A DNA stretch of 64,000 bases. It comes from Amphiscolops sp. MND2022. Its lineage: Eukaryota. The notes below the pieces were generated by a model, which was not told where the DNA came from, did not search any database, and worked only from the letters and a program-made list of their open reading frames with translations. The first letter of the stretch is position 1. The number at the start of each line of letters is the position of its first letter. Made by a program: the position numbers and the translations under genes. This document shows positions 22,145 through 33,330 of this stretch, piece by piece. The stretch covers positions 68,822,001-68,886,000 of the forward strand of contig OZ076409.1 in assembly GCA_964187785.1 (NCBI GenBank), given 5' to 3'.

Positions 22145-25100
22145 GAATCAAGGCTCTTTATGCAACCCGGGAACCACCGCCACCGAAGCTGAAGCGTGTA
22201 AAATTGAGAAGTAACGCGAAATAATAGACAATGGATTTTTTTCAACCGGTGGCCTTGGAAGTACAGGGTTCTTCAGGCGAGAGCAGTGAAATTTCCATCA
22301 CGCGTCTCTGAAATGCTCTGTCGTTCGCACCACGATCAACGAGTTGGCAGCTTTTTGAAGCAACGGATTTCAATGGCTCTTCAGATCGGCAATGCGGCCT
22401 AAGTTCTAGGAACTCTGAGTGACAGAGATGCGTTCTAAGAAATTTATTACATCTAGCTATTTTTTAAACCTCTATATCATTGCAGCTTTAAAAGAAAATT
22501 CAACCCGTCGACTGCGATAGGGGGTGGTATGAGTAGTTTGTTGGTTGTTCCTTTTTGCTACTGGTCTACTGGGATAGTGGCTGGTATATGTTCCCTACTT
22601 TCGCTGCAGACCACGGGTGTGTGTTTTCTCCCCCAGGCTATTCAATCTCAAAATCAATCCCAAACCCAATCTCACTCTCAAACTCAATCTTTTCCAATTC
22701 AAACCCAATCTCAATCCCTTCCTTACAAAGTTTTTAGGTTCAATCCCAATATCAATCTTGCTTTTGACTATGACTTTCTTCTGCAATAGCCAGTAAAAAT
22801 TTGTAATATGAGCGCGCGTTACATTTCATTCATCATGTCTAGTCTTTTCATTTGTTTTTCAGATGGCAGATGTACATGTAGTGGAAGACAACGAGGAGAA
22901 TTCTTCAAATGGAGCAGAAGCAGGTCCAAGTACGTCACAAATACTAGTTGAGTTCTTCTTGTGCGATACAAAAGGCTCGGACGTGCATCAAGAATTAGAA
23001 GCCTCAAAATTTGAAGTTGAAGCGTACATGAAGAACTTTCGTCCCACTTCAGTTGATACGGAACGATTACTTTCAATTTCTCGGATCTCTGAGAACTCCT
23101 TCAAGGTCGCTTGACACCGGAAAATCATCACCGAAATGTGTACTTGCGTAAAAATGAGCACTTACTGTATGAATAATTTGTTCGCTTATTTTCTCTTTTG
23201 TTTATCCAAAAAATGTTACATGAACCATTGTTTTAGAATATTCAGTTAAAAGTAGTTTAAACTAATCAAAAAATTTGGGTTCAGGACTTTTGATTTTGTA
23301 GTGGAAGTTCAAATTCATGGTCAAAAATCACCTTATGTTCGAAATCTACGTTAAAAATTGATTATGACCTCGAAAATCTAGTTTTTTTCTCAATCCCTAA
23401 GCGCTAAGACTGATCAATTCTAATCTCAATTCCAGAATAGAAAACCAATCTTCAATCTTTAGAAATTCAAGCGCTTGAATTGCGCGTGAATTGCCTGTTC
23501 TCCCACCAACATGATGATACACATGGCACTTGATTGATGACGAAGATCCATGATATCTGATAGAGGGAAAAAAGGACAATCTGTCATGCTCCCTTGGAGT
23601 TCCCTGTTGAATCATTTCACCTGAGCGTTTTCCGAGAATTCCCAATGCAAATACTAGCAAGATGTTGAAAAAGCATCATTTGCTAAAAGTAATGAATTTG
23701 CTATCCTTCGTCGTTGTAGCGGACATATTCAACGAAGGACTTTCTACAATCAGCAAACTTTTAGCTAGAGCAATTTTTGGAGTACCATTTACTACTACTG
23801 GTGTACGTGATGATGAAAAATCATTTTTGATCCAACTGGAAGATTTAAGTTTCCGTTGAATAAAGCAAACAGGTGGGCTTAACAAATAAACTAATCACTT
23901 GTTAATTAATCACTTACAGGTGTTGTCTCAGGCCCAATTGCATGCGATACGAAGTGGTCCCGGAAAAGCCAACACTGTACTGCCACCTGCAGTACTTCCG
24001 ATTTGGACTAAGGTCTATTCAGCTACAACAAACATTTTCGCTGACAAATTAGTACTATTTGACCCTACTATAATGTAAGGTGTTTCACTGTTGTTTTATA
24101 TTTCTGGTACTATTGACAGACTCAATTCACTGAGTACAGGAAGCGTAAACAACAGGAATACGTATGAATGCTGCATTTACATGTTAAAATGTGATTAATT
24201 TGAAACACGATTTGAGGAGCGATACCCAGAATATTTACATTTCACAATTTCACATGATAGGTTCATTAGTTGGAGAAGTTGAATGAAATGTAGTAGGTGC
24301 TCTTTAGTGAACACAATCCCTCAGTGTCAAAATGATAACTTACTCCAAACACCCTTTTTATTTCAGGCCTTGTTCACTAGAAAAAAGTTCCTAAAAACTC
24401 ACGCATCCCCCTAGCTGAAAACTTGATACCCAAAACTAATGATACTCGTGAAACCCTGTCAAATATTGCCAGTGGTGCTTACTGCTCTCCTCTCTAAGCT
24501 GTTTTCTGGAAAAACCACCTCGAGGAGTTAAACGTCAGAGGTCATCCTTCAGTGCAATTATCAACAAGCGTATTCGGGATGGTGTCATTGAGAAAGAACC
24601 GAAACGCTACAGAAGACCGCACAAAAAAGCGAGTTGGATCGACGACTGCGTTCCATTTGCACTAAATTAGACGAAGCTAAGGTTAGGGCCAGAATCAGAA
24701 TGGCGGTAGGCGACGAAGAGATTGCAGATTTCACGGTCAACAACTACGCGGCCCTCAAGCTGAAACATCCGCAAAGGGAAACTTGCACTGTTCCGGACCC
24801 CACAGATTAAGATTGTTTCTCAACCTCCAAATTTGTTGTCCACAAAGCTCTCATGTCCTTCCCCAACGGCTTTAGTGCAGGGTTGGATGGCATTTCGCCC
24901 CAGATTTTGAAAAATTTGACTGCCAAGTCGAACGGGCAAACTGGACTGAATTTTCTCAGCGCCTTAACAAATCTTGTGAATGTGATTCTCGAAGGAAAAG
25001 TACCTTTCGAAGATCGGCCGTATTTCTTTGGTGCGAAACTAATTGCACTGAAAAAGCCTGATGGAGGACTTCGTCCTATCGCTGTAGGCAATACCTTCCG

Positions 25101-26654
25101 CCGGTTATCCGCAAAATGCGCCGGATGCCATGTCTTCGAATCACGTCAGGCAAGATACGGAAGCCGACAAGTAGGTGTAGGCACCAAAACGGGCGCTGAA
25201 TTGGCCTCATACGTTTTCCGTTGTTTGATAGGAAACCCCCAACCCAAAGAAAACGTAATTTTGAAAATTGACTTTGAAAACGCATTCAGTTCGATTAACC
25301 GACACCTCATGCTAGAGAAAACTTTTGGTAAACTTTTGGTACTCACACTCGGCGTACAGTCAACCAAGCTTTTGTTTTCGGTGATTCAGTAATCAAATCT
25401 TGTGAAGGGACCCAGCATGTAGATCATCAGACTCCAGCTTGGTTTTCGGATTCCATTCAGGAGTTAATTGACAGTTTGGAGTCGAAAATGAATTTATGGT
25501 ACCTTGACGATGGAAATCTAAGTGATGATTACAGAATCGTTTTGAAAGATCTCAAAAAAATAGTTGAAGCGGAAAAAACGCTGGGATTCAAAATTAAACC
25601 CACGAATTGCGAATATTTTTTCTTAGGTGACATCACTGAGAACCGACGATCGACAATTTTATCATCTTTCCGAAAACTTTGCCCCGGGATCAAAACACCA
25701 AAGAAAGGTGAAATTATCATTCTTGGTTCACAGCTCGGCCCGAAATCACAAGCAGACTTATTGGAAAAGAAAAGTATTGAACTGGAAAAAGGGAATGGAA
25801 TTGTTGAAAAACTAGATGCGCACTATGGTTTTTTTATGTTGAAAAATGCTTCCCGAGAACCAGTACCTGTTTTAACTATCCAGTTCTCTTGGAAAAATAT
25901 GACAAACTCGAACGCGACGGGCTTTCCAAAGTGTGTAACGTGAACTCCGACAATATTTCGAGTACTCAGCTGGCTCTGCCCGCTGATATGGGTGGTCTTG
26001 GGTTGTCATCCGCATCATTTTTAGAACTTTCCGCCTTTTTGGTTTCAGCTTTTGGTGCGAGTGACTTTCTCAAGACGATTTTCTTGGAAACATTCGAAGA
26101 TGTTTCGTTTACAAAAGCACTTGAGAAATAGTTGAGTTTGACGAATGAACAGGAAAGTCCTCTCGATGGACAAAACCTGTCTACGTCAAAACCGCCCAAG
26201 ATTTGATTTCAAAAACGGATGACAAACGTTCGAAAGTTTTTAACGCTCATCAAGGCAAGTTCGGGTCTCAATGGCTCAACGTCGTTCCTTGTAAGAACCT
26301 AGGCCTGAAGCTTGTAAGATCAACAACTTCGGATTGCAATTGGTTTACGTCTCGGAGCCAACATTTGCGTTGCGCATACGTGCTACTGTGGTAAAAGAGT
26401 TGAACGGGACGGTTTACACGGTCTTTCTTGCACCAAGAGTGCTGGTCGCTTCTCGCGTCATGCTACTCTCAAATCTCTCACAAAGCAGACGTTGTGATCT
26501 CTCGACTTGCCATCAGTGCTCGAACCGCGTGGACTTTACAGAACTGATGGCAAACGCCCAGACGGAGTTTCGATGATTCCTTGGGCAATGGGTAAACAGC
26601 GGGTGTGGGATGTCATGGTTGTGGATCCACTTGCATCCAGCCGTCTGTATCATG

Positions 26655-27821
26655 CAGGGATTGCAATTCCAAAAGCAATTAATTGCATGCAATTACAATT
26701 AATTGCGGCTTTGAGGCATGCAATTTCAATTAGCAATCATCAAATACACTAAGGGCAAATAGCAATTAGAGCGAAAGTTTATGCAATTTTTGCAATTTTT
26801 CAGGGTTCTTCCGCAAAAAATAAGATTTTTTATAATATATTTATTTTATTATAACTTAAATTGAATTCCAAACAGAAAAGTCGGGCTCTTGGCTAAAATT
26901 AATTCGCGACAATGCAACAAGATGGAACAGTTTGTTGGACATGCTTGTGCGCTTTTTACATTTGCGAACTTATCTCAATGTTATTGATGTCGAGGGTGAC
27001 CTTGAAATGTATAATTGCGAGGCGCTGCAGCAGTTAATTAATGTTTTACAACCGCTTAAAGACAAAACACTCGAGTTGCAAAAGAAATCCGCTAATGCCA
27101 AAACAGCTGTTGATGCAATTAATTATCTGAGAATGGTAGTTTCCAGAGAAGCAACGATGCAGCAGCCTATAAAGATGTTCTCAGCAAATGAATAGATGGA
27201 AACAGTGTAGTGGAAGGTCTAATTCATTCCTGAGGAAACTTTCATGACTTTATTGTTTCTAACATGCCGCGCAATGAACATGCTGTTACATCTGATCATG
27301 CATACAATCCACTGAGGGTCATGGTTTTCAGTGAATTTATGAAGCGAAGCTGTCTCGACGACGAAATTGATATAATACCATTTCTTGAGAATTTTAGATC
27401 AGAGAGTGTTGACCCCAAGAGACGTTTTCCTTATTGAAGACTGACGACAAATTATCTTCAAAACCGTCTAACGCCAGAAAATCTTTCGAGAAACGGGTTT
27501 ATCAAGAAAAACAAACACCTGTTGGAGTAACAGATAAATAATGTATATATAATTTTGGAGTAATGCAGTGCTTTCTTTCAAAGCATTTTATTTCACGCTG
27601 AGTGTAATTTATGTTTTCTTTTTTTAGTTTTGTTTTTAATACGAGATATCTCACAAGCTGCTTCTTCACCAGATTCATTGTCAAATTCTGATATCCTGAT
27701 AGATACTGAAAAACAATTGCAATTACAATGATTAACATAATAAATTGGGCACTTGCATTTAGCAATTATTTTTTGCTCTGCTTTTTCAATAATTGCATTT
27801 TGCAATTAATTGCAATCCCTG
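26655..27821 (+). mobile_element. hAT-B, duplicated copy
   Basis: Same TIRs, flanks and internal sequence as 20973-22144. Confidence 0.9.
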
Positions 27822-30800
27822 GAATCAAGGCTCTTTATGCAACCCGGGAACCACCGCCACCGAAGCTGAAGCGCGTAAAATTGAGAAGTAACGCGAAATA
27901 ATAGACAATTGATATTTTTCAACCGGTGGCCTTGGAAGTACAGGGTTCTTCAGGCGAGAGCAGTGAAATTTCCATCACGCGTCTCTGAAATGCTCTGTCG
28001 TTCGCACCACGATCAACGAGTTGGCAGGTTTTTGAAGCAACGGATTTCAATGGCTCTTCAGATCGGCAATGCGGCCTGTGTTCTAGGAACTCTGAGTGAC
28101 AGAGATGCGTTCTAAGAAATTTATTACATCTAGCTATTTTTTAAACCTCTATATCATTGCAGCTTTAAACGAAAATTCTACCCATCGACTGCGATAGTGG
28201 GTGGTATGAGTAGTTTGTTGGTTGTTCCTTTTTGCTACTGGTCTACTGGGAAAGTGGCTGGTATATGTTCCCTACTTTCGCTGCAGTGCAGACCACGGGT
28301 GTGTGTTTTCTCCCCCAGGCTATTCAATCTCAAAATCAATCCCAAACCCAATCTCACTCAAACTCAATCTTTTCCAATTCAAACCCAATCTCAATCCCTT
28401 CCTTACAAAGTTTTTAGGTTCAATCCCAATATCAATCTTGCTTTTGACTATGACTTTCTTCTGCAATAGCCAGTAAATATTTGTAATATGAGCGCGCGTT
28501 ACATTTCATTCATCATGTCTAGTCTTTTCATTTGTTTTTCAGATGGCAGATGTACATGTAGTGGAAGACAACAACGAGAATTCTTCAAATGGAGCAGAAG
28601 CAGGTCCAAGTACGTCACAAATACTGGTTGAGTTCCGCTTGTGCGACACAAAAGGCTCGGACGTGCATCAAGAATTAGAAGCCTCAAAATTTGAAGTTGA
28701 AGCGTACATGAAGAACTTTCGTCCCACTTCAGTAGATACGGAACGATTACTTTCAATTTCTCGGATCTCTAAGAACTCCTTCAAGGTCGCTTGACACCGG
28801 AAAATCATCACCGAAATGTGTACTTGCGTAAAAATGAGCACTTACTGTATGAATAATTTGTTCGCTTATTTTCTCTTTTGTTTATCCAATAAATGTTACA
28901 TGAACCATTGTTTTAGATTATTCAGTTAAAGGTAGTTTAAACTAATCGAAAATTTGGGTTCAGGATTTTTGATTTTGTTGTGGAAACTCAAACTCTTGGT
29001 CAAATATTACTTTTTATTCGAAATCTACGTTAAAAATTGATTATGACCTCGAAAATCTAGTTTTTTTCTCAATCCCTAAGCGCTAAGATTGACCAATTCT
29101 AATCTCAATCCCAAAATAGAAAACCAATCTTTAATCTTTAAAAATTCAAGCGCTTGAATTGCCTGTTCTCCCCCCAACATGATGATACACATGGCACTTG
29201 ATTGATGACGAAGATCCATGATATCTGATAGAGGGAAAAAGGACAATCTGTCATGCTCCCTTGGAGTTCCCTGTTGAATCATTTCACCTGAGCGTTTTCC
29301 GAGAAATCCCAATGCAAATACTAGCAAGATGTTGAAAAAGCATCATTTGCTAAAAGTAATGAATTTGCTATCCTTCGTCGTTGTAGCGGACATATTCAAC
29401 GAAGGACTTTCTACGATTCTACAGCAATTTTTGGAGTACCATTTACTACTACTGGTGTACGTGATGATGAAAAATCATTTTTGATCCAACTGGAAGATTT
29501 AAGTTTCCGTTGAATAAAGCAAACAGGTGGGCTTAACAAATAAACTAATCACTTGTTAATTAATCACTTACAGGTGTTGTCTCAGGCTCAATTGCATGCG
29601 ATACGAAGCGGTCCCGGAAAAGCCAACACTGTACTGCCACCTGCAGTACTTCCGCTTTGGACTAAGGTCTATTCAGCTACAACAAACATTTTCGCTGACA
29701 AATTAGTACTATTTGACCCTATTATATTGTAAGGTGTTTTTTTTATATTTCTAGCACTGTTGTTTTATATTTCTAGTACTATTGACAGACTCAATTCACT
29801 GAGTACAGGAAGCATAAACAACAGGAATACGTATGAATGCTGCACTTACATGTTGAAATGTGATTAATTTAAAACACGATTTGAGGAGCGATACACAGAA
29901 CATTTACATTTCACAATTTCACATGATAGGTTCATTAATTGTAGAAGTTGATTGAAATGTAGTAGGTGCTCTTTAGTGAACACAATCCCTCAGTGTCAAG
30001 ATGATAACTTAGACCAGACACCCTTTTTATTTCAGGCCTTGTTCACTAGAAAAAAGTTCCTAAAAACTCACGGATCCTCCTAGCTGAAAACTTGATACCC
30101 AAAACTAATGATACTCGTGAAACCCTGTCAAATATTGCCTTGTGGTGCTTACTGCTCTCCTCTCTAAGCTGTTTTCTGGAAAAACCACCTCGAGGAGTTA
30201 AACGTCAGAGGTCATCCCTCAGTGCAGTTATCAACAAGCGTATTCGGGATGGTGTCATTGAGAAAGAACCGAAACGCGACAGAAGACCGCACAAAAAAGC
30301 GAGTTAGATCGACGACTGCGTTCCATTTGCACTAAATTAGACGAAGGTAAGGTTAGGGCCAGAATCAGAATGGCGGTAGGTGACGAAGAGATTGCAGATT
30401 TCACGGTCGACAACTACGCGGCCCTCAAGCTGAAACATCCGCTAAGGGAAACTTCCACTGTTCCGGACCCCACAGATATCGATTGTTTCTCAACCTCCGA
30501 ATTTGTTGTACACAAAGCTCTCATGTCCTTCCCCAATGGCTTTAGTGCAGGGTTGGATGGCATTTCGCCCCAAATTTTGAAAAATTTGACTGCCAAGTCG
30601 AACGGGCAAACTGGACTGAATCTTCTCAGAGCCTTAACAAATCTTGTAAATGTGATTCTCGAAGGAAAAGTACCTTTCGAACATCGGCCGTACTTCTTTG
30701 GTGCGAAACTAATTGCACTGGAAAAGCCTGATGGAGGACTTCGTCCTATCGCTGTAGGCACTACTTTCCGCCGGTTGTCAGCAAAAGGTGCCGGATACCA

Positions 30801-31623
30801 TGTCTTCGAATCACGTCAAGTAAGATATGGAAATCAACAAGTAGGTGTAGGCACCAAAAGGGGCGCTGAATTGGCCTCACATGTTTTCCGTTGTTTGGTA
30901 GAAAACCCCCAACCCAAAGAAAACGTAATTTTGAAAATTGACTTTATGTATTACTGTATGAATAATTTGTTCGCTCGTTTTCTCTGTTGTTTATCCAATA
31001 AATGTTACATGAACCATAGTTTTAGGTTAATCAGTTAAAGGTAGTTTAGATTAATCGAAAAGTTCGGGTTCAGGATTTTTGATTTTGTTGTGGAAATTCA
31101 AACTCTTGGTCAAATATCACTTTTTATTCGAAATCTACGTTAAAAATTGATTATGACCTCGAAAATCTAGTTTTTTTTTCAATCCCTAAGCGCTAAGATT
31201 GACCAATTCTAATCTCAATCCCAAAATAGAAAACCAATCTTTAATCTTTAGAAATTCAAGCGCTTGAATTGCCTGTTCTCCCCCCAACATGATGATACAC
31301 ATGGCACTTGATTGATGACGAAGATCCATGATATCTGATAGAGGCAAAAAAGGACAATCTGTCATGCTCCCTTGGAGTTCCCTGTTGAATCATTTCACCT
31401 GAGCGTTTTCCGAGAAATCCCAATGCAAATACTAGCAAGATGTTGTAAAAGCATCATTTGCTAAAAGTAATGAATTTGCTATCCACTTCGTCGTTGTAGC
31501 GGACATATTCAACGAAGGACTTTCTACAAAAACTTTGTTCTCAGGTTTTTCAAACGTTCAAAAAGGGCCTGTCTGAACTTTTTTCAGCGGCCAATTGAAG
31601 TCAACGGTTTTGTCTGCAAGTAA

Positions 31624-31965
31624 GGGTAGCTGTCTATGGGTCGAATTTTTCTGGTCGAAAGGACAGAGGTCGAACCTTTCGATCGAATTGCTGGGATCGA
31701 ATGGAATGCGGTCGAATTTTATCGTATTTGTTGTATGGCTCAGTCGCTTCGCTCCCTTCGCCAAGTAGCAACTTTGAGGCATGTTCATATGGCACGTCGC
31801 TCCGCTGCGCTTCGCTCCTGCATTCAGGACACTAGGGGTATGTGAACATATCTGACTAATGTTTTCGATCCGAGTTGTTCGATCCCATTCAAAAAATTTG
31901 GTATGTCGACCTGAGGACTAACTCTGATTTTCGATCCCGTTCCTTCGACCTATTTCCGCACACCC
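31624..31965 (-). mobile_element. Second copy of the 345-bp MITE, inverted, no TSD
   Basis: Reverse-complement homolog of 6754-7098; its flanks do not match each other. Confidence 0.85.
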
Positions 31966-31990
31966 AGTGGCTAGTATGGGGTTCCCTACG

Positions 31991-32246
31991 GGGTATATCA
32001 GAATTGGATCGTCGTCATCAATCAGCGTTTTAAAAAACGCTTCTTTATTCATCATGTGCCCCCAGCCCGGGCGACAGACAAAAAACTCCAACCAAGATAG
32101 GAAACAAAAAGAATTGAGAAACGAGATCATGCAACCTGAGAGTTCAATGGATCGAGGACTTTTCAATTCAGAAACTCAATGAGGCAAAGAACACATTGAT
32201 TTCTTGATTAAACAAAACGGTCATCGAACACAGATTTACAAGTTAC
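31991..32246 (-). mobile_element. Family B retroposed fragment (256 bp) with C/D-like 3' end, inside a CRE 3' UTR
   Basis: TSD GTTCCCTACG (31981-31990, 32247-32256). On the minus strand: C box 32055-32049, D' 32025-32022, C' 32021-32015, D 32001-31998. The host CRE 3' UTR continues to the A tail at ~32359. Confidence 0.8.
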
Positions 32247-33330
32247 GTTCCCTACGTTCGTTGCAGACCACGGGTGTGTGTCTTCTCCCCCCAACATGAT
32301 GATACACATGGCACTTGATTGATGACGAAGATCCATGATATCTGATAGAGGGAAAAAAATTCATAAAGAGAATGACATCGTCTCGAACAATTTCATAATT
32401 TGGCATTGGCAAGAGATTCAGAATAAATCTTTCGGAGGTACAAATTTATTCAGTCTGGTTAAGTTATATTTCTTAACAAATGAACCAGTACTTTCTACAT
32501 GAAGCATGAGATATGCTGAAAATGCGGTAAAATCAAACAGGTTGATAACTTCGAAGGAAATGCTCACTCAACGCACTATCCTTCAGAATTACAGCCAATC
32601 AGAGCGCTGGTTGATGTAGTCTTTTGGACTACCAGTCCCCAATTCTATCACACGCTTTACCTCTATGCAGTATGATGATTTGACATTAAAAGTATACCGC
32701 CACCCCCAGTGCTTCAACAAACAACTATATTTCATTTCACTACGGTCAGTTCTATTCATAGCGTTTTTGCTGAACTAGAAAGTATAGATGTAATATTGGG
32801 ATGTTATCCCAGAAACGAGTGTGTAAGCCTCCAGATTGACAGCGAAATAGAACACATTCTTATAAGCTAAACAAAGCCTACATGAGAAGATTTTAGGTCT
32901 CTACCAAACACGAATAGTAGGGAAAATGGAGAGATCACGACAGAAACTGCTAGAATGACAAACTCTGAGATTGCAAGTCGAATATCGAAGAAACTAGATG
33001 GACTTACAATGGAACTCAGTTCTCAGACTTTACGATCCAATAATTCCGCAACTACTGAGAAAGTCCTTCTAACATTTCAGAAATCTAGTTATGCAAGACA
33101 ACTGGTTTAGCACAAAAGTGGATCTTCGGTTCAGCGGGCTACACAGGATGGTATGTTACGCGGAAAAACAGGTAAAACCATTTTGGTCCACTTCGCTAGG
33201 CCAAATGGTGCAATTTGACACCATAATTTTTTGTAGAACTTTTAAGAACTATTTTGGTCAGTTCGTGTGGATAGAAAAAAAAGAGTCACTATAATAGTCG
33301 CGTTTCACTTCATGAAGCGCCGACTAAAAA

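Larger units (their letters stand above)
18588..31528 (+). repeat. Tandem array of a ~5.7-kb composite unit (5'-truncated CRE + hAT-B + hAT-A + CR1 flank)
   Basis: Homologous MSFPNG positions at 19149, 24853 and 30523. Every CRE 3' end is followed by the same GGACAATCTGTCATG flank. The last unit is internally deleted at ~30945. Confidence 0.9.

Noticed and set aside
32296..32345. Specific rRNA/snRNA methylation target for the C/D-like guides
   Set aside because: From memory I could find no convincing >=10-nt complement. The host rRNA is needed, so no target is claimed.
32400..33170. Coiled-coil-like broken reading frame (NSEIASRISKKLDGL...)
   Set aside because: Fragmentary, with stops and no identifiable family.
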